A DNA stretch of 64,000 bases from Octopus vulgaris (taxonomy: Eukaryota): assembly GCA_951406725.2 (NCBI GenBank), contig OX597837.1, positions 19,902,001 through 19,966,000 on the forward strand, written 5' to 3'. Below are positions 46,245-62,594 of this stretch, in pieces. Below the pieces are notes generated by a model that worked only from the letters and a program-made list of their open reading frames with translations, did not search any database and was not told the DNA's origin. Position numbers and translations under genes: made by a program. How positions within the stretch are numbered: the first letter of the stretch is position 1; each line of letters starts with the position of its first letter.

Positions 46245-46635
46245 ACTTGGCGGAGTACTATATAAAGCTCATCCACCTTCAGAATTTACCAATATTATCC
46301 GGTAGCATTATTATATACTTCCAGGTTTATACAGCGGTAATCGTCGTGTGTGAATTTCTTCGTAGATATATATATATATATATAGACTTCATAAATTGAA
46401 ACTGATTTGAAAATCGGTAATCCACCTGAAGATTGTCATTGAGGACATGAAACAATTGTAGTGGCGGTTTTTTTACTTTTTATTAAAATTTTATGTATTG
46501 ATTAAGTCTTTCCTTGTTTGTTTTACAAAATAGTGGTTTTGTCTCTGATTAATATTATATAATATTTTACTATAAATTTGGATTTAATCCTAAATCTGAT
46601 TTTTTCCCTGTAAATTTGGATTTATTCCCTAATAT

Positions 46636-46668
<33 letters not shown>

Positions 46669-46678
46669 TACATACATG

Positions 46679-46745
<67 letters not shown>

Positions 46746-46877
46746 ACGGAGAAATTCACACACGACGATTACCGCTGTATAAACCTGGAAGTATATAATA
46801 ATGCTAAATAATGCTAATAATGCTAAATATTGGTAAATTCTGAAGGTGGACGAGCTTTATATAGTACTCCGCCAAGT
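46245..46877. mobile_element. ~630-bp element with ~125-bp inverted terminal repeats enclosing a hammerhead motif
   Basis: 46245-46368 and 46741-46877 are reverse complements (ACTTGGCGGAGTACTATATAAAGCTC...). Confidence 0.8.
46422..46464 (+). ncRNA. Minimal type-I hammerhead ribozyme
   Basis: CCAC-CTGAAGA-tTGTC(attgag)GACAt-GAAA-CAATTG-TA-GTGG: stem I CCAC/GTGG, stem II TGTC/GACA, palindromic CAATTG, GUA cleavage triplet. Confidence 0.8.
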
Positions 46878-48679
46878 TCCTAATGGAATATACCATAACT
46901 ATGTGCGTGTATGTGAGTGTGTATGTGTGTGTGTGTGTGTGTGTGTTTAAATGATATAACGAAAACACAACAAACGGAATATTTTTAAAAAAGCATAACA
47001 AGCAGAAAATTCATAGCTTATTCCTCGTCAGTCAACGCCCAAAAGATCATTACAATTTCGCGCCTTTAACGTTGATATTATTCACTTTTGGTGGCACGGG
47101 TGGCGAAAAGCCATTGGGAATAGCTAACGAATGTATATGACAATGACAAAAACAAACACAACATCATGAAACATACATATGCAACAAAAAATGCCGTGCG
47201 CCCGCAAGACAGACAGATATGCGGTAACGCAAACGAAAATGAAAATGTCCTGTAGGCCTGAAGACGAGAGAGGGACGGATAGAAAGTCAGAACGAAGAAA
47301 GAAGTAAAGTACTAGGAAGGGAACGAGAGAGAAAGAGAGTGGCCAAAAGTGATGCAACGAAAGAGAAAGAAACAGTAATAGAAGTCGCACGAAAATATTC
47401 CAAGTATATTTTACAACTGAGTAAAACAAAGAACCAGAAGTGCATAGCTTTATGTAACATAAATATACTTCAGTAATTTAGCAAAAACACAACAAACGGG
47501 AAATTTTACAAAAACAGAGCAAAGATAGAATTCATAGCTTATTCCATCGATGACTGAATCGTGGTTTTCTCTTCATATTACGCCTCTGCCATCCGGGCCC
47601 TTCGAACGGTTTCTCTTTGCTCATACCTTACAGCAAGTACCTTAGCTCTGACAATGCAACCCTTATATTTAACTTTGAAGAATCGGTCAAGCGCCAATAT
47701 CACCGCCAGTCGCAGTTCCTTTCCTCAATCCCTCTTCTAAGATATTTACTAGCGCCCCTTCTACTCAAGAATTTTTTTATCCCTATTTCTTTAATAAATC
47801 TTATCGCGATTTGTCTAATAACCCTTTTCAGGGCTAACCACCATCTGTTGCTTCTGCTGCCCCTATCACTTCTTTCTTAACTAAATCTTTAATTCAATTT
47901 CTATAAACTTTGTGTGCCAAATAAACGCGTCCACTTTCCTGTTACTGGATCCTTTCCTATGCAGTCTGTCGAAGTCGACCGTAATTTCACAATATTATTT
48001 CACAAAATTCATTCCGGCTCCAAACGAACCACGGGAACATCATCGAAATCACACCCACACCAAACAGACAAATCCACAACAACTCCACCAACAACAACAA
48101 GAACACCTACTTCAACGAAAAGAAAACGCACCCAAGAGCAGCACTGGTATACAGGCAAACAAACAGAATGACATCAGCAGAACACACCTAATCCAAAACC
48201 TTGCGCTGATAAGGAGCACGAATAAAAAACTGATATACTAAAAGCAATAAAGGCGAAAGAACTGGAGCCCCACCTCACTCCACCCTCAACACACCCTCTT
48301 CTTTCGACGCCACAACAGAAGCATACAGCAGCAAAAGTAGCAGCAGCAGCGAAGGGTACAAGAACTACTTCAGCAACAACAACGCCAACAACCGTAGCAA
48401 TAGCACTAAAGACACTCACTGGAAGAGAACGAAGCTCCCCCGCCAAAGAAAGCTCCAACTTTATCCGATCTCTTGCTTTCAAAAACAAACACACACTTTG
48501 ACTTTGACCCGTGCAAAACATTCTTCCACGTACGTCCAGCACAAACGATAATAATCCCTTTTTACTATAGGCACAAGGTCTGATATTTAGAAGTAGCGGA
48601 CGAAAAGCCGCTGAGTTTTATTTTTTCTGCCATGCTAACGATCCTGGGAGCTCACCGTCATAATAATGATAATAATAAC

Positions 48680-48792
<113 letters not shown>

Positions 48793-48838
48793 GAAGAAGA
48801 AGAAGAAGAAGAAGAAGAATGATGATGATGATGATGAC

Positions 48839-48864
<26 letters not shown>

Positions 48865-48872
<8 letters not shown>

Positions 48873-49707
48873 AAATTTTGGCCAGCAAGTTCGGTGGGTA
48901 GGGAGTTGATTACATCGACCCCACTATTCAGCTGGTACCTAATTTATCGATCCAAAAAGGGTGAGAGGTAAAGTCGACTCCGGCGGAATTTGATCGCTGA
49001 ACCCAAAGACGGACGAAATGCCGCTAAGTATTTTCCCCGGCATACAATTTGCTGCATAACAACAATGAAATCAATGTCGGTTCAAATTTTGCCACGCGGC
49101 CACCGATTTTGTGGGGAAGTTTAAGTCGATTAAATCGACCCTAAAATTCAACTGGTACTTAGTTCATCGACTCCGAAATTTAGCTTCGTTGGTATTTGAA
49201 CTCAAAACAAGAAGAGCTGGAAAAATGCTGATAAACATATCGTCCATGTGCCAACAATTCTTCAAGCTCACCGCTGTAATAATGCGGGGATTTGGCAGAA
49301 TCGTTAAAGCGTCGTACAAAACGTCGTGCGATATACATTTTGGTTTTTTCTTCCTGGGATCAAATCCTGCCGAAATCAATTTTACTTTCCATTCTTCCAA
49401 GATTATCAGTGAAGTATCAACTAACCCTCTCAATTCGAAACGCTGACCTTGTGTCTAAGTTAAAAACAACTCTGGGTGGGAACCCGGCAGAATCGTTAGA
49501 GCGTCGGAAAAATGCCTTCCGGTATTTCTTCCACCTCTTTACATTCTGAGTTCAAACTCTGCCAAGATCAGTTTTGTCTTCCCTCTTTTCGTGGCCGATA
49601 AAATAAAGTTCTAGACAAGCCCCGAGATCGATGTAATCGATTAACATCTGCTAAATTTGCTAGTTTTGTACCAAAATTTGAAGCAATTAATTCTACTGCA
49701 GCTGCAG

Positions 49708-49744
<37 letters not shown>

Positions 49745-49920
49745 AAGGACTGTGTATTAAGAGAATCGCAACCGACCATTGGATAGATGTTTACCGGTAT
49801 ACTAGTAAATCCCTTTACATTCTTAGTCCAAATCCTGCCTAGGTCAAACTCTGCCGGAAACTTCCTTGGGTTCGAGCCATTTAAAGTATCGCCGGTCAGG
49901 TAGTGGGATAGATCTAATCG
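48865..49920. mobile_element. Cluster of about five degenerate SINE family B copies, on the minus then plus strand
   Basis: Repeated GGCAGAATCGTTA.AGCGTCG, GTTCAAA..CTGCC and GTCGA..AAGTACCAG motifs. Confidence 0.7.
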
Positions 49921-50339
49921 TCTTCACCCTTCTGTTAAAAATATGTGGTATCTTATTTATATATCCACTAAGAATGGTTTATTATGATATAATGATATAT
50001 GATATATATATGATATATTATGATATATTATGATATAAGTAACGGATAAAATGGTTTGCGACATTTATTTATAGATCGTTACGTACAGTGGTCAATTTAT
50101 ATTCCTAGAATGCGGCGCAAACGCGAATAGAATAAAAAGAGTATAACACCAGAGGTAGTAGGAATACTGTCAATAAGAAATAATTCTTAAAATTTGAGTG
50201 GAAATAGTGGAGCCAGAGTAATCTAACAGAGCGCGACGTCGGCAAATGTAAAAGAAACGTAAAAGAAATATTTTAAGTTGTGCTGGTGTAAAGAACAGGC
50301 TAACGTTTCGGACAATTGTCTTTAGCCAGGAAACGTGAA

Positions 50340-50382
<43 letters not shown>

Positions 50383-50571
50383 AAGAAAGTACAAGTGAGT
50401 GAGGTGGTATTAACAAAAGGATAACCGTTGAACAACCTTCCCCTATATCCGTCTCAGGGGATTATTTATCCGAATGTACAGCAAGGCAAGATATTAATTA
50501 TAGCATTATCTCCTTCGAATTCCACCGTTTAAAAACGATGTTATACAGATATATGCATGACATACATACAC

Positions 50572-50640
<69 letters not shown>

Positions 50641-50728
50641 TATTTGTGTGTGTATGTTTTTATATGTATGTATATATCTATATATGTGTGTGTGTGTATA
50701 TATATATAAATATGAATATATATATATA

Positions 50729-50768
<40 letters not shown>

Positions 50769-50789
50769 CACATCTATATTAATGTCTGC

Positions 50790-50851
<62 letters not shown>

Positions 50852-50853
50852 GA

Positions 50854-50901
<48 letters not shown>

Positions 50902-51260
50902 ACGAAAGAAAGAGGAACATTTTTTCTTCTTATTGGGAAATCTGATTTTCATTTAGACAAAATATCTAGAAATATGTCTGTGAAAAATTGACCTGATTTC
51001 TTTTGGAATGAAACACTGAAAGTAATCAATCTGCGGAGCGTTGTTTTCAGTCAAAAGAATTGATTTCCAACTTAGATATAAAATACTTATTTTCAGTTCA
51101 TGGGAAAAAGTACAAATAAAAATGTGTGTTTGTATACTAGGTTCTGTACACCCACCTTTCGGTCTGCGTGTGTGAATATATATGCTTGTATGTATGAATG
51201 CACGTATGTATGTATGTATGTATGTATGTATGTATGTATGTATGTATGTATGTATGTATG

Positions 51261-51301
<41 letters not shown>

Positions 51302-51342
51302 ACATATATGTGTATATATATATATACATATATATGCATGTA

Positions 51343-51423
<81 letters not shown>

Positions 51424-51568
51424 GTATGTATATATATATTTGATACACACGTTTATAAATGTATACAGTAACAAATATAAATAAAAACGAGCGTGCGTGT
51501 GTGTATATACATACATATATATGCATACATATTCACATATTTATATATGTATATATACACACACACAC

Positions 51569-51614
<46 letters not shown>

Positions 51615-52187
51615 TATGTATTTATATATATATATACGCACGCGCGGTGTGTGTGCTTATTTGTTTCTCTGAGCATTGTCTGCGATGTCTACATGATTTA
51701 ATTTAGATTTGACAAATTGATTGATTGATTGAATCGTTAATTTATGGTAAAGTATTCGGGTGGCGGGGGTCTATGAGTACAATGCATCGTGATCACAGAC
51801 CTCCGCGAAAACATCCTCGAATCAGTCCTGACATCTTTACTCGAAGGCGGACAGATACCGTTCAAATCAAGTAAATAGATTTTACTTACCCTCATAAATT
51901 AGGACACCCCCCCATACACACACACATACACACGCGTGTGTGTATGTGTGTGTGTCTGTGTGTGTGATATGCGCGTGCATTTAAATAAGGTTATGATTTT
52001 CAAGCAAGTTTGAAAATAACAACGGAATAACATTCACTCACTCTCTAAGGCTATATTGAGAGTGGAGTCAAATTATTTAGAAGATCAGGTGGGGCTAGGA
52101 CTTTAGAATATACCAAAATATGTGCACGTATAATTATGCCTCCGTGTGTGTGTGTGTGTGTGCGTGTATGCGTTCGTACACACGCAT

Positions 52188-52253
<66 letters not shown>

Positions 52254-52369
52254 ATGTGTGTGTTTGTGTGTATGTATGTATGTATGTATGTATGTATTGA
52301 TAAAAATGGTAAGACAACAAAAGAATGAAAGAGGCCTCGAGATTATGTAATTAAAGGAATTTATCAGTA

Positions 52370-52505
52370 ATGTGTGACAATTATTCGGTAGCCATGATAA
52401 AACTCCGTGTTTCGGATGCCGGGGTGGAAATCCACGGCGCCACCTCTTCGGTTATCCGGCCATCGGAAAAATGCTATGAAAATGACCGTTAAACAAAGGG
52501 AAACT
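52370..52505 (-). mobile_element. PLE-type repeat with hammerhead-like motif (52396-52456; core mutated to CCGAAGA)
   Basis: Paralog of 54945-55080. Confidence 0.6.
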
Positions 52506-52534
52506 TTATACGTGTATTATATATTATATTTGAT

Positions 52535-52712
52535 ACAACGCCAGCAATTTCAGGGGTTGATATAAGTCGATTGCATCGATGACACTGTTCAACGGGTACT
52601 TATTTTATCGACACCCATAGGATGAAGAGGAAAGTCCGCCTCGATCGAAAGTCGACGTAAAGAAAGACGAAATACTCGGCGTGCTAACGATTCTGCCAGT
52701 TCGCCGCCTTAT
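52535..52712 (-). mobile_element. SINE family B
   Basis: GGCGTGCTAACGATTCTGCCAGTTCGCCGCC is the reverse complement of the family head. Confidence 0.75.
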
Positions 52713-53287
52713 TATATTACATTATATCAGTAATTTAAGAATAGTGAACATCAGTGACTGGGTTGCACCAATGGACCGCCTTGTCGGAATAAAAACAGCG
52801 TTGAACAGGGATTAGGAATAAATGAATTTTAGGTGAATTAAAATATGTTTGTGACTGCAATACAGTGGAGACAAAAATTTCCTCTTATGATAAAAATATA
52901 AACACAATATATCTTCCCAGTGCTTCTCTTTAACCGATCCCCAGACGTGTATTTTTGGCTCTTTAGACTTCCTCAATAGAAAATATCGAAGAGCGAAACA
53001 CTGGACAGATATGGTGTTTTTTACAGTTTACACCATAGGACATTTTTTTCTCCGCTCTAATTGCAGTGAATTTGACTTTGGAAGTTAAAATATATGAAAA
53101 ACGTTTTAACTAACGTAAATTTCATATATAGACATAGCTGTCTAGGTATGAAGCTACCTTCCCAAACACACAGTTCCGCATTCAGTCCCACTACGCCGCA
53201 TTTTGGGCAAGTGTTTTCTGCTATGGTCTCCGACCGACCAAAGTCTTGTAAATGGATTTGGCAGACGGAAGCCGAAAGAAGCCTGTC

Positions 53288-53329
<42 letters not shown>

Positions 53330-53371
53330 GAAAGAAGAAGGTTTGAAAATGCAATTTTAAAAGATGTTTAT

Positions 53372-53416
53372 TTACTTTACCGGTTTCACTCTTTCAAAAT
53401 AGATTGTCAAAAGTAA
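53372..53416 (-). ncRNA. Decayed hammerhead-like motif
   Basis: Minus strand: TTACTT-TTGACAA (from CTGACGA)-TCT...AGAgt-GAAA-CCGG-TA-AAGTAA; 6-bp stem I intact. Confidence 0.45.
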
Positions 53417-53516
53417 CACGTAGCAGTTTAGTTGCGTTAATTATTGGTGGCTACAAAATGCTACATTACATATATACAGTCTTTGGTAACACAGACATGT
53501 TAAGGACATAAAAAGT

Positions 53517-53626
53517 TTAACAAGTTCCTTAAAATGTTGGGCACAAAAGATTATCTTTAACATGTTCTTGAGAATGATTATTTATGTTGTAATCTTTTGT
53601 GCCCAATATTTTAAGGAACTTGTTAA
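53517..53626. repeat. Hairpin with 37-bp arms and 36-nt loop
   Basis: TTAACAAGTTCCTTAAAATGTTGGGCACAAAAGATTA / TAATCTTTTGTGCCCAATATTTTAAGGAACTTGTTAA. Confidence 0.9.
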
Positions 53627-53650
53627 CCTTATATATATATATATATATAC

Positions 53651-53777
<127 letters not shown>

Positions 53778-54073
53778 TGTGTGTCTTTGTGCCTGTGTTT
53801 GTCACCACCACCGTTTGACAACCGGTGCTGGTGTGTTTATGTTCTTGTAATTTAGCGGTTTGGCAAAACAGATCGATAAAATAAATTCTGGGGTGGATTC
53901 ACTCGACTAAAAAATCATGGCTCAGAAATTTCAGAAGAGCTGAGCTACTGCTCTGCCGGCCGGACAACCCGAATCATATGAACTCTGTATGGCTTGAATA
54001 TTGGAGAGGATTGTCCCATCTTACAACTATCAGTATTGCCTTAAATTTCTATAATGACTTTTAAACATATAAT

Positions 54074-54118
<45 letters not shown>

Positions 54119-54155
54119 TACACACACTCACACACACACTCTCACGCACAAATAT

Positions 54156-54510
54156 AGGCGCAGGCATGGGTGTGTGGCTAAAAAGTGTTTCCCAACAATA
54201 TGGTCCTGCGTTCAGTCAGGCCTACCAAAAGCTTTGTGAGTGGATTTGGTAGAAGGAAACTGAAAGAAGCCTATTGTACACACACACACACATATATATA
54301 CTGTATGTATATATATATAACCTGTATATAGTAACCTCTGTTGGTTTGGTTTGTTTACGTCCTTGTAATCTAACTATTCGGCAAAAGGACAGGTAAAATA
54401 AATACCAGCCTTAGGGAAAATAAGTGCCGGGGTAAATTTGTTGGATTAAACTCATCAATACATTGCCCCAGTATGGCCACAGTTTGATAGCTGGAACTAG
54501 TAAAATCTAA
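54156..54510 (+). mobile_element. SINE family A, degenerate
   Basis: AGGCGCAGGCATGGGTGTGTGG head, internal microsatellite and tail. Confidence 0.7.
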
Positions 54511-54776
54511 AAGATATTCACTGCTAAATTGCAGAAGATTAATGAAAAAGATATAAAAATTGAATTGCAACAAACGCATACATACATGCACACATACACA
54601 CATAAAGCACAACTACATCAAATGTGCATATATATTTACAATTGATTAGGAATATGTCATGTTAGACAAGTGACTTTCCAGAGCACGGCAATTTACTATC
54701 TGCTTACTACCCAATGTATGTTAATACGTACATGCAGACAACCATACCTACATACGTACATAGATATATATATATA

Positions 54777-54823
<47 letters not shown>

Positions 54824-54970
54824 CTTACATACATACATACATATATATATATATATATGAGTATATATGTATATGTATGTATATATATGTGTGTATATAT
54901 ATATATATATTATATATATATAGGTGTGTGTGTGTGTAAATGTAATATGTGATAATTATTCGGTAGCCTT

Positions 54971-55031
54971 GATAAAACTCCGAGTTTCGGATGCCGAGGT
55001 AAAAATCCACGCCGCTAGCTCTTCAGTTATC
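54971..55031 (-). ncRNA. Hammerhead-like motif
   Basis: Minus strand: GATAA-CTGAAGA-G...C-GAAA-CTCGGAG-TT-TTATC; stem I GATAA/TTATC. Confidence 0.6.
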
Positions 55032-55574
55032 CGGCCATCGGAAAAATACTATGAAAAATGACCGTTATACAAAGGGAAATTACTGTGTGATTGACCGTTA
55101 TTAAGACAAAAGAGCTATTCGAATGACCGCTAAGTATGGGAGTAAAGTAAGGGGGTAAAAAGTTCATAGTATTCACGTAAGGGCGCCTGTTCATACCTAC
55201 ACATGTGCGCCCGTACACCCACGTGCGTGCGCCTAAAGCTATACATTCATCCATCCTCACTTGAAAATGTACACATTCTCACTCTCATCCATCGCCAAAT
55301 GTATATGCATATACATACAAACCAACACACGCACGCGCGCACCATAAATGTTCATACACACGTCTATATACGCACAAGCACAAGAAGAAACAGGGTTAAG
55401 GGTAACAATACAGAAAAAAGGCATAAGGGAGTATACAAAGAGTAAACCACGCCTATATACGCACACACCCTTATGCACGCACACACACATGCCTATATAC
55501 GCACATACCTGCACACGTCTATATACGCGCGCACACACACGCGCGCGCAAAAAGGATTATACATAAGTGTAACA

Positions 55575-56782
55575 CAAGGTTGTTAAACATGAAATGTCGT
55601 ATTTAGAGAGGTAAATGTTTCAGAAGTATCAGAGAACTGATTTATTTAATCAAAGTATGACCCATGTTCCTTTATGAAGTTTACGCAACGTTTCTCTATG
55701 TCACATATTCCATCTTTAAAAAATAAAATTCATCTTTTGCTGTGATAACCTGTCCGAATGCTTCAATTACCTCTTCTCTATTTAAGAATGTTTTATTGCT
55801 TATGAAAATCTCAAAATGCTTAAATAAGTGGTGATCAGTAGGAGATATATCAGAGGAATAGGGAGGGTGTTGCAAAATCTCATAATTCTGGTTTTGCAAC
55901 TTTTGGACCGTAGCTTGAGGTGTGTGGAGCCGTGCATTGTCGTGGAGCAAAATTGGACCATCTCTATTCACTAATCTGGGTTGCTCCTTTTTCAAATTTT
56001 CATGTATACAATTAATTTCCTGGCAAAACGATATTGCTGTTACCGTTTTTCCCCGTTGCAAAAATGATCAATGAATAAATCCCTTCGCAGACCACCATAC
56101 AGTGACCACTAACTTTTTAGGGTGTAATGGTGGATTTGGGTAGTGTTTAGGCAACTCTCCATCTAATCACTGTCCTATTCTCCTGCTGTTGTCAAAGAGT
56201 ATTCATTTCTCATCACAAGTCATGATTTGCTGCAAAAATGGTCCTTTTCTAATCGAGAAAGCAATAAGGAGCACACTTTGAGCCGTCTATTATTTTAACC
56301 TTGTTCTCTTGATGTGGAACAAACCTATCCGTTTCCTTTACTTTTCCAATTTTTTAGAGGTGTCCAAAAACTGTTGAGCGAGATGTTTGTTGTTCTGATG
56401 AAAGTTTTCGAACCCTTGTTCTCGGATTTTGTTCAACCAAAGCATTTAATCCATCATACCGAATAACTGACTTTGGCCTACCCCTTGCTTTATTTTCAAG
56501 GCTATCATCTCCTGAACGAGAGCTTTGGAACCATCACTGAACAGTTCTGATGTCAACAAAACTATTACCAAAGGCCCGCTTGATATTCCGTGGAGCTTCT
56601 GCGGCATAGCGACCCAATTTGTACTCATACGAGAAAATCACTCAACATAGTTTGGTTATCATTTTCATAAGGTCTGGGGGTACGAAGTTTGTATACCAAT
56701 ATTGTTGGGTAAGAAAAAGAGTTTTTAAATGACTGAAATACTAAGTAATTAAAAATGCAATATTTCGTGCAGAACAAACTAA
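55575..56782 (-). mobile_element. Degenerate near-full-length mariner (DD34D)
   Basis: ORF 55696-56061 contains ILLHDNARLH...ILQHPPYSSDISPTDHHLFKHF; upstream IVT.DEK and VTVWWSAKG-like motifs in broken frames; decayed TIRs. Confidence 0.85.
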
Positions 56783-56846
56783 TATATATACCCGTGTGTG
56801 TGTGTGAGAGAGAGAGTGAGAGAGAGAGTGAGAGAGAGAGAGAGAG

Positions 56847-56900
<54 letters not shown>

Positions 56901-56904
56901 GGTA

Positions 56905-57018
56905 AGGCGGTGAGCGGGGAGAATCGTTAGCAGTTCGGGCAAAATCTTTAGCGGCATTTCGTCCGTTCTTATATTCTAAGTTCAAATTTCACCGACGTCG
57001 ACTTTGCCTTTCATCACT
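56905..57018 (+). mobile_element. SINE family B head
   Basis: GGCGGTGAGCGGGGAGAATCGTTAGC...GTTCAAATTTCACCGACGTCGACTTTGCCTTTCATC. Confidence 0.75.
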
Positions 57019-57019
57019 G

Positions 57020-57383
57020 GGGGAAAACGCTATCTTTCAGGATGATAATGCACCAATTCACACAGCTAAAGTTGTACTGAATGGCATGAGGAACATTCTA
57101 TTGAAGCTGAACATCTTATCTGGCCAGCACAGTACCCAGATCTCAATATCATCGAACATTTATGTTGCATTTTAGAAAAACAAGTAAGGAGTCAATATCC
57201 TCCACCGTCATCACTACAAGAACTGGAGACTGTTTTAGCTGAAGAATGGACAAAATTCCTTTGGAAAGAATTCAAACTTTGTACGAGTCCATACCTCGTA
57301 GAATTCAAGGTGAAATTACTGCCAAAGTATTAAAATAAATTTGTTTGAAATTTTAAGATGTTTCCATTATTTTGTCCAACCCC

Positions 57384-57385
<2 letters not shown>
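57020..57385 (+). mobile_element. Tc1-like transposon 3' fragment
   Basis: IFQDDNAPIHTAK...WPAQYPDLNIIEHL...EEWTKIP...LYESIPRRIQ; 3' TIR end ...TTTTGTCCAACCCCTG. Confidence 0.85.
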
Positions 57386-57436
<51 letters not shown>

Positions 57437-57637
57437 TATATATATATATATATGTATGTATGTATATATATATATACATATATATATGTGTGTGTGTGTA
57501 TATATATATATACCTGTTAAAATTTCGGGATGGTCATTTTCTTTATTTGTTTTCATAGCCAAATAGACACTTACACTATTTATTCGTTCTTCCCTCGTTG
57601 TTTTTTTTTATTATTCTTATTTTATCTCATATCCATT

Positions 57638-57680
57638 GTCTGGAAATCTTTCGTCACACACCTGTGATCTCTTCAGCGAC
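57638..57680 (-). ncRNA. Hammerhead-like motif in a PLE remnant
   Basis: Minus strand: GTCG-CTGAAGA-GaTCACA(ggtg)TGTGAC-GAAA-GATTTC-CAGAC. Confidence 0.55.
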
Positions 57681-58124
57681 TCTTCCATTCTACGTGTCTC
57701 CTCCTGTTCTGTTCGGTCTTTCTATGGTGTATATCCTTATCTGTCCATGCGTCTGCCTCTGTATCTGTGCATATGTGTGTGTGTGTGTATGTGTGTGTGT
57801 GCGTGCGTATGTTGTGCGCATGTTTAGGTGTTTTGCATGTGTATATATGAGTTTGCTTTCTATATTGTTTGTATCCGTCCCCCTCTATATAGTTTTTATT
57901 TATACTTTTTGTAGTAATTTACTTATCTATTTTCTGGGGGGTTTTTTTCTTCATACTAAGTATATGTATGTGTCTTTTGTGTATGTGTATTTGGGTTTGT
58001 GTATTATACTGTTTGTATCTGTGTCTTTTTTCCTTTCTGTGTACAGTCGTCGTGTTGCGTAGTTTCGTGGTGGAGTTGTGTTATTTTGCCATTCGTGTTT
58101 CCCGTTGAGGCTCGTTCTGTCTAT

Positions 58125-60449
<2,325 letters not shown>

Positions 60450-60462
60450 TATATATACATTG

Positions 60463-60778
60463 AAGGCACCAGGCTTGGTGGTTAAGGTGTTGTACTCACG
60501 ATTGCGAGATCGTAGGTTCGATTCCCAGATCGATTCCCAGATGCGTTGTGTTCTTGAGCAAAGCACTTCATTTCACGTTGTTCTGCGATCATTTCGATAT
60601 CTGACATGTGGGACCCATTGCACCTGCGTGCAAGCAATGTCGTTCTCATGGAGGGACACAAACATTTGATCACTGTGCGTTAAACAAACGTTTGATCTCT
60701 ATAAACAAATCATCTGTGTGGTCCGTTCGGTAAGAAATTGTCGAACCCTCATACGTCGTCTAACGACGGGAGAGTCCA
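60463..60778 (+). mobile_element. tRNA-headed SINE (family C head, third tail type)
   Basis: GGCTTGGTGGTTAAGG...GGTTCGATTCCCAG (12-bp duplication)...GTTGTGTTCTTGAGCAAAGCACTTCATTTCACGTTG. Confidence 0.7.
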
Positions 60779-61040
60779 TTATTATATATATATACTCACA
60801 CAAACAAATTCGCAAGACCCAGGTATATAGGCTTCAACGACCAGTAAGCAGAAATGCATAGACCCCCCGCCAAAAATAGAAGGCAGAAGAACAAAAGCGA
60901 TTTATTTAACCTGTGCTTCATAAACGACAGAGAATATATCGTGTACCTGGCTTAGAGGAAATTTAGATTTATCTGTGCATATGTATCCAGTACAGGTCTG
61001 AGTAACCAGTTGTCTATTGATATAGGGCATTATATACACA

Positions 61041-61157
<117 letters not shown>

Positions 61158-61175
61158 TACACATATATATATATA

Positions 61176-61236
<61 letters not shown>

Positions 61237-61346
61237 AGAGAGAGAGGGGGAGGGAGGGAGATAGATAGATAGATGCATGCATGCATACATACATACATAC
61301 ATACATACATACATACATACATACATACATACATAGTCTCAGTTAC

Positions 61347-61509
61347 GTTGGACAACTGTATTCTGGTGGACGGCAAGGCTTTCAACGGTCAAATCGTCTA
61401 AAGCTGGCTCCAGTTCAGCCTTCCCACGGCCGGAGGAGATTATGGGAAGTAAAAAGAGGCCTGCTAAGCCATGTCCAATGCGCCAGGAATCCAACAGAAC
61501 CCGACATTT
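61347..61509 (-). other. Candidate exon of an unidentified transcript
   Basis: Minus-strand acceptor TTTTCTTCTTTCATCTAG|; unique, GC-richer sequence; phase-0 frame open to a possible donor C|GTAACT (alternative AT|GTATGT at 61333, after a stop). Confidence 0.35.
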
Positions 61510-62158
61510 CTAGATGAAAGAAGAAAATAAACAAAATAGTAAAAGGTCAAGTATATATATAGAAAGAGAGAGCTAGGTTCGAACCGTTACATTTAGGTGG
61601 CGACAACACCGACAGCATCGTTCCTTATTATTAGAAAGCCACCAAGGGAGGGAAAGAAAAAGAAGGAGGAAGAGAAGGAAGAGGAGGTGGAAGGAGAGAG
61701 AGAGGGAGAGGAATAGGAGGAGGAGAGTGCATGAGTGCATGTATATAAGAGAGTGCATTGGTAAACAACAAGTATTCAATGACTGCTGCAGTCAGTACAA
61801 GACCTCTTTCTATCTCACTCTTATTGAAACGGCGAAACCTGTGCAATGTGACGTCATGGTTGCTGTTCAAAGCTTCAGAAAGAGCGTCCATATCGATTCG
61901 TTTGTACTTTGTAATCTATTGGACGCTCGCCAGAATCAGAATGATTAACTCAATCTAGATGGATCAAGGTTTCACTAATTTAGGTTCGAGCCGACCTTGC
62001 ACTGAAGTGGAGATAAAAATAGAAGGAAAAAATAATGGAATAATGAGATAATAAACAAATGTTTTATTAGATTTTCAGAGGAATGACAGGGTGGGGGGGG
62101 GGGGAAATTTGCTGACTTGACTTGGCGTTCGTTGGTTCAATGTAGTTGCGAGGTTGAG

Positions 62159-62226
<68 letters not shown>

Positions 62227-62281
62227 ATGCGTAGCTAGATCGCTATTTATCTATCTATATATCTATACCTATCTATCTGTC

Positions 62282-62313
<32 letters not shown>

Positions 62314-62496
62314 CATACACACATACATATACATATAAATTGATATACATACATACATGCATATATATATATATATATATATATATACATGCATACATAC
62401 ATACATACATACACACAAATATATGTGTGTGTGTGCATATGTGCATATATATATACACACACACACACGCAGATACATATATATATATATACATAC

Positions 62497-62594
<98 letters not shown>

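Noticed and set aside
61849-61856. TGACGTCA CRE palindromes (also ~20211 and ~30778)
   Set aside because: Short motifs can occur by chance, one lies inside a mariner, and there is no independent promoter evidence.
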